A program made the position numbers and the translations under genes. Of a stretch of DNA of 64,000 nt, positions 9,864 through 19,423 are shown piece after piece. The first letter of the stretch is position 1; every line of letters starts with the position of its first letter. The notes below the pieces were generated by a model, which saw nothing but the letters and a program-made list of their open reading frames with translations, did not search any database and had not been told where the DNA came from. The stretch is from Candidatus Rokuibacteriota bacterium (GTDB taxonomy: Bacteria; Methylomirabilota; Methylomirabilia; Rokubacteriales; CSP1-6): contig QHSA01000134.1 of NCBI GenBank assembly GCA_003220315.1, positions 2,759 through 66,758 on the forward strand, given 5' to 3'.

Positions 9864-12173
9864 TCACGCGACCCCGCCGCGCAGGAGCGACTCTGCGCGG
9901 ATCGGGAGTCGCGTCACGCGCACCCCGAGGCCGCGCACGGCGTCGGCGACGGCGTTGGCGATCGCAGCGGGGGCGCCGATCGTGCCCCCCTCGCCCATGC
10001 CCTTGACGCCCCCGGGCGTCACGGGCGAAGGCGTTTCCAGGTGCCAAATCTCGAGCGACGGCACGTCGTCCGCCTTCGGCAGCGCGTAGTCCATCAGCGT
10101 CGCCGTGAGGAGCTGGCCGTCGTCGCCGTAGACGACGCCTTCGAGCAGCGCCTCGCCGATCCCCTGGGCGACGGCGCCGTGGATCTGACCCTCGACGATC
10201 AGCGGGTTGATGACGGGGCCGCAGTCCTCGACGAGGGCGTAGCGCCTGAGTCGGACGCGCCCCGTCTCGCGATCGACCTCGACGACGGCGACGTGCACGG
10301 CGCCGGAGAACGTCGGCCCCGGCGGGTCGAAGTACACGGTGGCCTCGAGGCCCGGGGAGAGCCCGGCGGGAAGCCCGCCCGGCGGCGGCGCGTACGCGAG
10401 ACGCGTGACCTCGCTCAGCATCACCGCGCGATGGGGAGCGCCGCGCACCCACGCTCGCCCCTCCTCGAGCGTCACATCCGAGGGACTGGCCTCGAGGCAG
10501 TGGGCGGCGAGCGCCTGGAGCTTCTCCCTCACCCGCTCCGCCGCCACGGCCGCGCTGCCGAGCATCGAGACGGCGCCGCGGCTCCCAAAGGTCCCGCTCC
10601 CGCGCGGGGCGACGAGCGTATCGACCGCGAGCACGCGGACCGCGTCCATGGAGATGCCGAGGCGGTCGGCGACGAGCTGCGCGATCGTCGTCGCGTGGCC
10701 CTGGCCCTGCGACGGAAAGCTCGTCACGCAACTCACCGTCCCGTCCGCGCCCATCGTCACGGTCGCGGCCTCGATGCCGGGAACGTGGACCATCCCCCGC
10801 CGGCGGAACACGGCGGCGCCCATGCCGGTGTACTCCGTGTAGCACGCGACGCCGACGCCGACGAGACGGCCCGCGGCACGCGCCGCCGCCTGGTCGCGGC
10901 GGAGCCGGTCGTAGTCCACCGCGGCGAGGACCTGCTCGAGCGCCTTGGGGAAGTCGCCGCTGTCGTACGTCATCCCGCTCGCCGAGGTGAAGGGATACGC
11001 CTCGCGCGGGATCAGGTTGCGCCGGCGCACCTCGGCGGGGTCGAGGCCGAGGCGCTCGGCGACCATATCCAGGAGGCGCTCCATGACGAACGCGCCCATG
11101 GTCATCCCGACGCCGCGGTAGGCGCCGAGTGGCGGCTTGTGGGTCAGGACGGTGACGGCCTGGTACTCGTACGCGGGCGTGCGGTACGGGCCCGGCAGGA
11201 TCGCAGCACTCCCGAGTGGCTCGAGGGCGCCGGTGAGCGGGTAGATGTGGTACGCCCCGCCGTCGGACACCGCGCGCGCTCGGAGGCCACGGAGCACGCC
11301 GTCGGCCTCCGCGGCGACCTCGACCTCCATCCGTTGCGCGCGGGCGTGCGACCCCGCGGCGAGGCTCTCGCGACGCTCCTCGACCCACTTGACCGGGCGT
11401 CCGAGCACGCGCGCGGCCGCGGCGACCGCCACGTCCTCAGGAAAGACGTGCGTCTTGAGACCGAAGCCGCCTCCGACGTCGGGCGCGATGACCCGCACGC
11501 GGGTCTCGGGGAGGTCGAGCGCGGCGGCGAGCGCCGCGAGCATGATGGACGGCGTCTGGGTGGAGGCCCACACGGTGAGCGACTCGCCGTCCCAGTCGAC
11601 GAGGACACCGCGCGGCTCCAGGGGCGACGGGGCGCAGCGCCCGTGCTCGAACGTCTCGCGCAGCACCAGCGGCGCGCCCGCGAACGCGCCTTCGACGTCG
11701 CCCCGGCGGTGGTGGCGGCGAAAGAGGACGTGGTCGGCCGCGAGGGCGGCGTCGATCGACACGGTCGCCGGGAGTGGCTCGTACTCGACCCGGACGAGCT
11801 CACGCGCGTCGGCGGCGACCTGCGCGCTCGTCGCCACGACCGCGGCGACGGCCTCGCCGCAGAAGCACGCGCGGTCATCGGCGAGAACGGGCCACGCGGT
11901 CGGCGTGAACCCGTCGCCCTCGAGTCGAGGGTGGAGAGGCCGGGCGACCTGGCGCAGGTCGGCGGCCGTGAGCACCGCGAGGACGCCGTCGAGGCGGCGC
12001 GCGGCGCTCGGGTCCACCCGGCGAATCGCCGCGTGAGCGTGCGGGCTCCGCACGAACGCGAGCGACACCATCCGCGGGAGGACGATGTCGTCGAGGTAGC
12101 GGCCGCGGCCCCGCAAGAGGCGCGGGTCCTCGACGCGCTTGACGCGGGCGCCCGTCAGGCGGGGCCGGATCAC
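9864..12173 (-). CDS. xanthine dehydrogenase family molybdopterin-binding large subunit (CoxL/CutL-like)
   Basis: RVEDPRLLRGRGRY, GGGFGLK, AYRGVG loop, QGQGH, GQIHGAVAQG and KGMGE (catalytic Glu). Confidence 0.9.
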   Translation of the reverse strand: MIRPRLTGARVKRVEDPRLLRGRGRYLDDIVLPRMVSLAFVRSPHAHAAIRRVDPSAARRLDGVLAVLTAADLRQVARPLHPRLEGDGFTPTAWPVLADDRACFCGEAVAAVVATSAQVAADARELVRVEYEPLPATVSIDAALAADHVLFRRHHRRGDVEGAFAGAPLVLRETFEHGRCAPSPLEPRGVLVDWDGESLTVWASTQTPSIMLAALAAALDLPETRVRVIAPDVGGGFGLKTHVFPEDVAVAAAARVLGRPVKWVEERRESLAAGSHARAQRMEVEVAAEADGVLRGLRARAVSDGGAYHIYPLTGALEPLGSAAILPGPYRTPAYEYQAVTVLTHKPPLGAYRGVGMTMGAFVMERLLDMVAERLGLDPAEVRRRNLIPREAYPFTSASGMTYDSGDFPKALEQVLAAVDYDRLRRDQAAARAAGRLVGVGVACYTEYTGMGAAVFRRRGMVHVPGIEAATVTMGADGTVSCVTSFPSQGQGHATTIAQLVADRLGISMDAVRVLAVDTLVAPRGSGTFGSRGAVSMLGSAAVAAERVREKLQALAAHCLEASPSDVTLEEGRAWVRGAPHRAVMLSEVTRLAYAPPPGGLPAGLSPGLEATVYFDPPGPTFSGAVHVAVVEVDRETGRVRLRRYALVEDCGPVINPLIVEGQIHGAVAQGIGEALLEGVVYGDDGQLLTATLMDYALPKADDVPSLEIWHLETPSPVTPGGVKGMGEGGTIGAPAAIANAVADAVRGLGVRVTRLPIRAESLLRGGVA

Positions 12174-12176
12174 GGG

Positions 12177-13169
12177 CTACTGGCGGCCCCGGACCCGCGG
12201 CAGGACTTCGCCCGCGATCAGCTCGAGCTGCTCCATCCCCCAGTTGAGCGGGTTCAGCACGATCGTGTCCACGCCGCCGTCGAGCGCCTCGATCCGGGCG
12301 CTGATCCGCTCCGCCAGCTCCTTGGCTTCGCCGAGCAGGTAATGCGTCGTCCAGTACTCGAGGTCCATGCCCGAGAAGACCGAGAAGTGGGGAATCGCCG
12401 ACTCCGGCGGCTCACCGGGTCTGAGCACCCAGATGAAGTTCGAGTACACCCGCCCGATCTTCGTCGGGTCACGCCCGAGCTCACGGGCGAAGCGCTGCAC
12501 CTTCTCCCAGTCCCCCTTCACCATCGCGGGCGTCGCGGACGAATGCGGCACCCAGGTATCGGCGTACTTCGCGATGCGCCGGAGCACGGGGTCGATGTTC
12601 GTCACGGACTGGCCGTAGACCTTCTCGAACGGCTGCGAGCCGCCGCCGATCCAGATCGGCGGGTGCGGCCGCTGCACGGGCTTCGGATCGATCGTGAGGT
12701 CCCGGACGCGGTAGTATCTGCCCTCGTAGCTCACATGGTCGCCGGCCCAGAGCGCCTTGAGGAGCTCGATCGCCTCGTTCATCCGCGCGCCGCGCTCCCG
12801 GTAGGGCACGCCCATGAGCGCGAACTCCTCCGCGTGCCAACCGACGCCGATGCCAAGGATCGACCGCCCCCGCGAGAGGAGATCGAGCGTCGCCCACTCC
12901 TTGGCGAAGGAGACCGGGTTGCGAAGCGGCAACACCAGGACCATCGTGCCGAGGCGGAGGGTCCGGGTGACGCCCGCCAGGGCCCCGAGGAGCGCGATCG
13001 GCTCGAGCCACGTGCACGCGTACGCGGGCGGCGTCAGCAGGAGGTGGTCGATCGACACCGCGCAGTCGAAGCCGAGATCCTCCGCCCGGCGGAGGTACCG
13101 CCCCATCTCCTCGAGCGTCGCCGTGCGGGGTCCGAGGGCGAACGAGGGGATCCGGAGCCCGTGTCTCAT
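12177..13169 (-). CDS. LLM-class flavin/F420-dependent oxidoreductase
   Basis: GFDCAVSIDH, LGTMVLVLPLRNP, GIGVGW and KPVQRPHPPIWIGG. Confidence 0.85.
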   Translation of the reverse strand: MRHGLRIPSFALGPRTATLEEMGRYLRRAEDLGFDCAVSIDHLLLTPPAYACTWLEPIALLGALAGVTRTLRLGTMVLVLPLRNPVSFAKEWATLDLLSRGRSILGIGVGWHAEEFALMGVPYRERGARMNEAIELLKALWAGDHVSYEGRYYRVRDLTIDPKPVQRPHPPIWIGGGSQPFEKVYGQSVTNIDPVLRRIAKYADTWVPHSSATPAMVKGDWEKVQRFARELGRDPTKIGRVYSNFIWVLRPGEPPESAIPHFSVFSGMDLEYWTTHYLLGEAKELAERISARIEALDGGVDTIVLNPLNWGMEQLELIAGEVLPRVRGRQ

Positions 13170-13738
13170 CGGAGGCCGTCCTCTTTCTTGGCCTCGTCCT
13201 TCGTGAGGCCGCCCACCCTCGGGTGAGGCCGGCCGCCGTCCGTGACGGCGATCGCGAGCACGATCTCGTCGGCGCGCGGCGCGTCGTGGAGCCGTACCTC
13301 CATCGCGTCGTAGTGGGTGCGCACGAACGCCGCGTCCTTGAAGTGGAGCGGGACGTCGATCGTCGTGCCGGGGCCGCCGAGCTTCTTGGCCGAGGGGATG
13401 ATGGCCTTGCCCCCGCCGACCGCCGCGCGAAGGGGCGCGCCGAGCTTCGGATGAAGCAGCGCGGCGGCGTGCTCGTATTCACCGGCCTCGCCGACGACCG
13501 CGGCCTTCCCGTAGGACTCGGCGGGGGCGCCGAGGGCCTCCGTGGCCTTCTTCGCGAGCAGCGCCCCGAGCTCCTCCCCCGCGTCGACGAGCGGCGTGAG
13601 GTCCTCGACGAACTTCCCGGCGAACGGATTCTCGATGACCGCGACCGCCGCGACCTTCCGCACGGGACGCCTCGCGGCCCGCCCGCCGTCGGTCAGGATC
13701 TCCTCCACGACCGTGACGAGCTTCCGGATCTTCACCAT
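13166..13738 (-). CDS. DUF1185 ('amino acid synthesis') family protein
   Basis: IRKLVTVVEE, AAVAVIENPFAG, YGKAAVVG.AGEYEH, SAKKLGGPG and DAPRADEI. ATG 13738. Confidence 0.8.
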   Translation of the reverse strand: MVKIRKLVTVVEEILTDGGRAARRPVRKVAAVAVIENPFAGKFVEDLTPLVDAGEELGALLAKKATEALGAPAESYGKAAVVGEAGEYEHAAALLHPKLGAPLRAAVGGGKAIIPSAKKLGGPGTTIDVPLHFKDAAFVRTHYDAMEVRLHDAPRADEIVLAIAVTDGGRPHPRVGGLTKDEAKKEDGLR

Positions 13739-14979
13739 CGCGTCGAACCCTCCCCGTACCGGTGGAACACGAGACCGTCCAGGAGCTTGGGATAGAAGTG
13801 CGTGGACTTCTGTGGGAGGAGCTCGCCGCTCCGGACCACCGTCTGGAGCTCCTCCGGCGTGGTCGGCGCGATCAGGAAGGCGGCCTGGTACGCACCCGCG
13901 CGCGCCAGGCGGGTCGCCTCCCCCTGATCCGCCGTGTAGTCCACATGGGTCCTGGCGTCGAGCTTGGCGTCGGTGATCCCGAGGAGCGGCTTGAGGAGCC
14001 CCTCGTGGAGAATCGACACCGCGAGCTCGCGCCAGGCGCGCGACGTCCCGGGGGGCCACACAATGGTGTCGAACCCGTCGGGGCGCAGGGTGAGCACGGC
14101 GGCGGCGGACCTGGCGACGACACCGATCGTCCGGTTGGCCGGGCGGAAGTCGAGCGGGTCCGGCAGGGGCGCCACCTCGAACCATCGGCGCGCGGCCCCC
14201 ACGAGAGCGTCGAGATCGAAGCCCTCGACGTTGTGAACGAGCCGGTGGTTCGGGAAGATCGTGAGGCCCGGCGCCTCGAGCGCGAAGAACGCCATCAGCT
14301 TCCCTGCCGCCTCGGGGTGGCGCCGCGCATACTCGACGGCCGTCTCGTACCGGTGGTGCCCGTCGGCGATGAAGACCGGCCGCGGCTCCATCAGCTTCTG
14401 CACGCGCGCGACGCGTGCCTCGTCCGTGATCCGCCAGAGGCGGTGGAGCTCGCCCTGAAGGTCGCGCGCCTCGGCGATCGGCTCGCCCTCGGGCGCCGTG
14501 GCGCGCAGGAGCTCGCCCTCGGGGTCGCTCACCAGCATGAAGAGGAGCCCGAGGTCCGCGCGCGTCGCGGCGAGAAGGTCCAGCCGGTCCCGCTTCGGCC
14601 CCGCGTGGGTCCGCTCGTGCGGGAGCACGCGGCCGTGCGTGTACTCGCTCACTTCGCCCAGCGCGACGAACCCGCGCCGCGTGACCACCTGGCCGGCCAC
14701 ACGGTATGTCTGGGTGTAGGGGTAGATCGCGGGGCGCTCCTCGCGCCGCCAGACCCCGCGCGCCAGCCAGACGTCGAGGACCTCGCGCGCGCGGGCGTAC
14801 TTGTCGACACCCCGCTCGTCCCGGGCGAACGTCACGCGCACGATGTTCTCCGGGCTCATCGCATAGAGACGCTCCTGGCGTTCGGGGCTGATCTGGTCGT
14901 ACGGCGGCGCGACGACCGGCGACACATCGCGGCTCGCGCCGAGGGCGTAGCGGTAGCCGCGGAAAGGCTCGATGTGCAC
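13732..14979 (-). CDS. DUF1015 family protein
   Basis: PFRG, APPYDQIS, LPHERT, FIADGHHRYETA and LPQKSTHFYPKL motifs. Confidence 0.85.
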   Translation of the reverse strand: MHIEPFRGYRYALGASRDVSPVVAPPYDQISPERQERLYAMSPENIVRVTFARDERGVDKYARAREVLDVWLARGVWRREERPAIYPYTQTYRVAGQVVTRRGFVALGEVSEYTHGRVLPHERTHAGPKRDRLDLLAATRADLGLLFMLVSDPEGELLRATAPEGEPIAEARDLQGELHRLWRITDEARVARVQKLMEPRPVFIADGHHRYETAVEYARRHPEAAGKLMAFFALEAPGLTIFPNHRLVHNVEGFDLDALVGAARRWFEVAPLPDPLDFRPANRTIGVVARSAAAVLTLRPDGFDTIVWPPGTSRAWRELAVSILHEGLLKPLLGITDAKLDARTHVDYTADQGEATRLARAGAYQAAFLIAPTTPEELQTVVRSGELLPQKSTHFYPKLLDGLVFHRYGEGSTRW

Positions 14980-14981
14980 GC

Positions 14982-16157
14982 TCAGTGGCCTCCTCCCGCG
15001 GGCCCGTGCCCCTTGACGACCTCCGCGGCGCGCGCCGCGGGTGGCGTGTTGCGGCTCCGACCGACCGTGATCTTACCGTCGATCAGGACCATCGAGATCC
15101 CGGGGAGGTCGCCGGCCGCGAGCGCCGACAGCGCGTCCCGGCCGACCCCGCCGGTCGGCGCGTCGCAGATGACGAGGTCGGCCTCCCGGCCCTCCGCGAG
15201 CGTGCCCCTGCCGAGCCGGTAGACGCGCGCGGTGTTGCCCGTGGCGCACGCGACCGCTTCGGCCGGCGGCAGGCCGCCCACGGCCGCGAGCAGCGAGATC
15301 GTCCGCAGCACGCCCAGCGGGATGACGCCCGTGCCCGAGGGCGCGTCGTTGCCGACGATGATCCGGTGCGTGGCGCGCGCGGCGGTCGCGACGCGGAGCG
15401 TGTGGAGCGCGGTCTTCACGTTCCCGCACTGGACGATCTCGACGGCCATGTCGGTGGCGACGAGCCGCTCGATCTCGGCGGGCGCGAGCGAGGTGGTGCC
15501 GCCGTTGATGTGGCCGACGACGTCGGGGCTCGCCTCGAGGACGACGTCGGCGTCGATGGGGCTCGAGCCGGCGATCGAGGGGCCGCCCGTGTGGATCGTC
15601 ACCGTCATTCCGTGCGCCTTGGCCCAGCGGACCATCGGGGCCGCGTCCTTGCCGGTCTTGACCGAGCCGAGCCCGATCTCGCCGACGAGCGTCACGCCGG
15701 CGGCCGCCATCTCGGCGAAGTCCGACTCGACCATGCCGAGCTCGAGGATGGGCGCGCCCGCATGGACTTTCACCCCGCCGGGCCGGAAGTTCGCGTACGC
15801 CTTGGCGGCGACGATCGCGAGCGCCTTGAGCCCGACGATATCTTTCGGGCGCCCGGGCAGGTGCACCTCCCCCGCCGAGATCGCGGTCGTGACGCCGCCG
15901 TTCATCATCGAGTCGATGAAGTCGACCGTGCGCTGGCGCGGCGTGAAGTCGCCGAACACCGGGTGGACGTGGGAGTCGATGAGGCCCGGCAGCACCGTCG
16001 TCCCATGGGCGTCGATCACGGTGTCCGCGTCGTCGTCGAGCCCGCGGCCGAGCCCGACGATCGTTCCGTCCCGGATCACCAGCGAGTCGCCGTCCAGGAG
16101 CGGGCGCCGGATGTCCCCGCTCACGAGCTGGCCGATGTTTCGAATGAGCGTCTTCAT
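14982..16157 (-). CDS. enamidase-like amidohydrolase
   Basis: PGLIDSHVHPVFGDFTPRQ; binuclear-site residues HxH, GEIG, TIHTGG, GHINGG, GNDAPSG match the enamidase subfamily pattern. Confidence 0.8.
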   Translation of the reverse strand: MKTLIRNIGQLVSGDIRRPLLDGDSLVIRDGTIVGLGRGLDDDADTVIDAHGTTVLPGLIDSHVHPVFGDFTPRQRTVDFIDSMMNGGVTTAISAGEVHLPGRPKDIVGLKALAIVAAKAYANFRPGGVKVHAGAPILELGMVESDFAEMAAAGVTLVGEIGLGSVKTGKDAAPMVRWAKAHGMTVTIHTGGPSIAGSSPIDADVVLEASPDVVGHINGGTTSLAPAEIERLVATDMAVEIVQCGNVKTALHTLRVATAARATHRIIVGNDAPSGTGVIPLGVLRTISLLAAVGGLPPAEAVACATGNTARVYRLGRGTLAEGREADLVICDAPTGGVGRDALSALAAGDLPGISMVLIDGKITVGRSRNTPPAARAAEVVKGHGPAGGGH

Positions 16158-16843
16158 ACGCTGAGGTACGCCCTCCGGAGGGAGAGGTCCGCGTCCAGAC
16201 GCGCGAACGGCCCCTCGAACTTGATCTGCCCCTTCTCGATGATGTAGGCGCGGTCGGCGAGCCGCCGGGCGAACTTCACGTTCTGCTCCGACAGCAGAAT
16301 CGTCAGCCCGCTGCCCTTGAGGGCCGCGATGTTCTCCGCGAGCGCGCGCACGACCACCGGCGCGAGCCCCTCCGACGGCTCGTCGAGCAGCAGGAGCCGG
16401 GGGCAGGTCATCAGGGTCCGGGCGATCGTCAGCATCTGCTGCTCGCCACCCGAGAGGCTCGCGCCGCGCCGACCGGCGAGCTCTCGCAGCTTCGGGAAGA
16501 GCGCGAAGACGCGCTCGAGCGTCCAGGGACCGCCCGGCCGCTCACCGACCTCCAGGTTCTCGACCACCGTGAGGTCGCCGAAGATGCGTCGGTCCTCGGG
16601 CACGAGGCCGATGCCGGCACGGGAGATCTCGTGGGTCGGGAGCCCGCGCAGCGACCGTCCCGCGTACAGGATCTCGCCTCCCGTCACGTCCACGAGCCCG
16701 ACGATGGCCCGGAGCGTCGTCGTCTTGCCGGCGCCGTTCCGGCCGAGCAGCGAGACGACCTCCCCTTCCCGCGCCGCCAGGTCCACGCCGTACAGCACGT
16801 GACTCCGACCATAGTAGGCGTGGACCTGGCGGAGCTCCAGCAT
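16154..16843 (-). CDS. livF: branched-chain amino acid ABC transporter ATP-binding subunit
   Basis: GRNGAGKT, LSGGEQQ and LLDEPSEGLAP. ATG 16843 in a TGATG overlap (alternative GTG at 16855). Confidence 0.88.
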   Translation of the reverse strand: MLELRQVHAYYGRSHVLYGVDLAAREGEVVSLLGRNGAGKTTTLRAIVGLVDVTGGEILYAGRSLRGLPTHEISRAGIGLVPEDRRIFGDLTVVENLEVGERPGGPWTLERVFALFPKLRELAGRRGASLSGGEQQMLTIARTLMTCPRLLLLDEPSEGLAPVVVRALAENIAALKGSGLTILLSEQNVKFARRLADRAYIIEKGQIKFEGPFARLDADLSLRRAYLSV

Positions 16844-17601
16844 CACGTCGCCCACGCCGCCTCCCCCAGGTACACCGCCTGGACCTCCGGGTCGGCGCGC
16901 ACCGTGTCCGGCGCGCCCTCCGCGATGACGCGCCCCTGATGCAGCACCATGACGCGCTCCGCGACCGTGAAGACGACGTCCATGTCGTGTTCGGTGAAGA
17001 GCACCGTCAGTGTCCGCTCGCGCGCGATCGACGCGGTGAGCGCCATGAGCGCGCCCCGCTCCGCCGGGGCCATGCCGGCCGTCGGCTCGTCGAGCAGCAG
17101 GAGCTCGGGGTCGTTCGCGAGCGCGATCGCGAGCTCGAGCTTCTTGAGGTCGCCGTAGGCGAGGACGCCCGCCGGCCGCCCGGACTGCTCGGCCAGTCCG
17201 ACCTGCGCGAGGAGCGCCAGCGACCGCTCGACCTCGAGGCCGCCCGCCGGCCGTAGGAGCGCCCGGCTGCGTCTCGTGTGCGAGAGGCGGGCGACCTGCA
17301 CGTTCTCGAGCGCGCTGAGCGTGGCGAACGTCGCGGTGATCTGGAACGTGCGGCTCACGCCGCGCCGCCAGATCGCGTGCGGCGCGAGCCCCAGGATCTC
17401 CTCCCCGCGGTACGCGACCGCGCCGTCGTCGGCGCGGAGCAGGCCGGCCAGGATGTTGAAGAACGTCGACTTGCCGGCGCCGTTCGGGCCGATGAGCGCG
17501 CGGATCTCGCCGCGCGCCAGGTCGAAGCTCACGCCGTCGACCGCACGGACACCGCCGAACGCCTTACGGACGTCGACGACCCGGAGCAGCGGCTCAGGCA
17601 C
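16843..17601 (-). CDS. livG: branched-chain amino acid ABC transporter ATP-binding subunit
   Basis: GPNGAGKST, RTFQ, LAYGDLKKLE, LLDEPTAG and EHDM. GTG start at 17601. Confidence 0.88.
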   Translation of the reverse strand: MPEPLLRVVDVRKAFGGVRAVDGVSFDLARGEIRALIGPNGAGKSTFFNILAGLLRADDGAVAYRGEEILGLAPHAIWRRGVSRTFQITATFATLSALENVQVARLSHTRRSRALLRPAGGLEVERSLALLAQVGLAEQSGRPAGVLAYGDLKKLELAIALANDPELLLLDEPTAGMAPAERGALMALTASIARERTLTVLFTEHDMDVVFTVAERVMVLHQGRVIAEGAPDTVRADPEVQAVYLGEAAWAT

Positions 17602-19423
17602 GACGGTCTCCGACCACGCCAAGAATTCCGCGCGGGAAGGCCAGCACGAGCAGGATCAGGATGGCGCCGAGCACGAGCTGCCAGTACTCCGTGTACCTCG
17701 TCGCCACCGTGTCGAGGAGCTTGTAGATCGCCGCCCCCACTGGCGCGCCCGCCGGCGCCTGCACGCCGCCGAGCAGCACCATCACGAGCGGCTCCACCGA
17801 CATCGGCACCGCCAGGAGGTTGGGGAACACGCTGCCCTTCAGGAACGCGAACGTGCCCCCGGCGACGCCGCCGAAGAACCCCGCGACGACGAACGCCGTC
17901 CACTGGTGGAGCCGGATGTTGATCCCGACCGTCTCGGCGCGCCGGGCGTGGTCCCGGGCGGCCCGGAGCGTGAGGCCGAACGGCGCCCGCCCGATGCGCG
18001 CGAGGAGGGCGATCCCCCCGCCGCACGCGGTGAGCGCCAGGTAGTAGTAGGCGAGCGGTCCGGCGAGCCACGCGGCCGGCCAGATGCCGAGCAGGCCGTT
18101 GTCGCCGCCCGTGACGTCGTACCACTGGTGGACGATCGCGAAGGCGATCTGGGCAAAGGCGAGCGTGAGCATCGCGAAGTAGATGGACGACAGGCGCACG
18201 CAGAAGTAGCCGTAGAGGGCGGCGCCCACGGCGGCGGCCAGGGGCGCGGCGGCGAACGCGAGGAGCATCGGCGCCTTCGTCCACGTCACGAGCAGCGCCG
18301 CGCCGTAGGCGCCGAGGCCGAAGCTGGCGGCGTGGCCGAACGACACCATCCCGCCCGTGCCCATGAGGAGGTGGAGGCTCGCGGCGAACAGCGCGAAGGC
18401 GAGGATCTCCACGAGCACCCAGACGTGGAACGTCGGCAGAAAGGGCGGCACGGCGATCAGCGCGGCGAGGACGGCGGCCAGCCACCGTGGCGGGACGCGA
18501 ACGGTGCCCGCCGTGACGATCGCGCCCCCTGCGGTCCGCTGCTGGACCTCGGGCCGCCCGAGCAACCCCCACGGCCGCACGATCAGGACGACCGCCATCA
18601 CGACGAACGGCACCACGAGCGACGCCCGCGGGAGCACGAGGACGCCGAACGCGTCGATGACGCCGATGAGGGCCGCGGCGAGCAGCGCGCCGGGCACGGA
18701 ACCCATGCCGCCGACGACGACCACCACGAACGCCTCGGTGATGATCGACGCGTCCATCACGTTGGTCAGCGCCTGCCGCGGCACCTGGAGCGCCCCGCCG
18801 AGCCCCGCCAGGAACGAGCCCAGGACGAAGACGGAGGTGAAGAGGCGCGCCTGGTCGACGCCGAGCACGGCGACCATTTCTCGGTCCTGCGTCGCCGCGC
18901 GGATCAATACACCCCACCGGGTCCGGTAGAACAGCCACCAGAGGCCGGCCGCGACGAGCGGCCCCAGCCCGATCAGCGCGAGGTCGTACGTCGGGAAGAG
19001 CTGGCCGGCGATCTCCACCGAGCCGGCGAGTCCTGGCGCAGCCGGGCCCGTCAAGTTCTCGCTGCCCCAGAAGAGCTTCACCACGTCGGCGACGACCAGC
19101 ACCAGCGCGAACGTGAGGAGGAGCTGGTAGAGCTCGGGCGCCCGGTACACGCGTCGCAGGAGGGCCACCTCGACGCCGAGGCCGGCCAGGCCGACCGACG
19201 CCGCGGCCAGCAGCACGGCGACATAAAACGCGGCGGCGCCGAGGGGCAGGGTCGCGGCGAGCGTGTAGGTCAGGTACGCGGCGAGCATGTAGAAAGAGCC
19301 GTGGGCGAAGTTGACGATGCGGGTGACGCCGAAGATGAGCGAGAGCCCCGACGCGATGAGGAAGAGGACCATGGCGTGCGCCAGGCCCGACAGGAGCTGG
19401 ATCAGGACGAGCGACGGTGACAC
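17594..19423 (-). CDS. fused LivH-LivM branched-chain amino acid ABC permease
   Basis: N-half has GLSLIFG...NFAHG (LivH); C-half has GMVSFGHAA and LTLAFAQ (LivM); one ORF of 609 aa. Confidence 0.88.
   Translation of the reverse strand: MSPSLVLIQLLSGLAHAMVLFLIASGLSLIFGVTRIVNFAHGSFYMLAAYLTYTLAATLPLGAAAFYVAVLLAAASVGLAGLGVEVALLRRVYRAPELYQLLLTFALVLVVADVVKLFWGSENLTGPAAPGLAGSVEIAGQLFPTYDLALIGLGPLVAAGLWWLFYRTRWGVLIRAATQDREMVAVLGVDQARLFTSVFVLGSFLAGLGGALQVPRQALTNVMDASIITEAFVVVVVGGMGSVPGALLAAALIGVIDAFGVLVLPRASLVVPFVVMAVVLIVRPWGLLGRPEVQQRTAGGAIVTAGTVRVPPRWLAAVLAALIAVPPFLPTFHVWVLVEILAFALFAASLHLLMGTGGMVSFGHAASFGLGAYGAALLVTWTKAPMLLAFAAAPLAAAVGAALYGYFCVRLSSIYFAMLTLAFAQIAFAIVHQWYDVTGGDNGLLGIWPAAWLAGPLAYYYLALTACGGGIALLARIGRAPFGLTLRAARDHARRAETVGINIRLHQWTAFVVAGFFGGVAGGTFAFLKGSVFPNLLAVPMSVEPLVMVLLGGVQAPAGAPVGAAIYKLLDTVATRYTEYWQLVLGAILILLVLAFPRGILGVVGDRRA

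Noticed and set aside
9864-12173. Aerobic CO dehydrogenase (form I coxL)
   Set aside because: Lacks AYRCSFR and has no coxM/S or accessory genes nearby.
9846-13226. 1126-aa plus-strand ORF
   Set aside because: Antisense shadow of the Mo-hydroxylase and LLM genes; Arg/Gly/Ala-rich with no motifs, typical of high-GC DNA.
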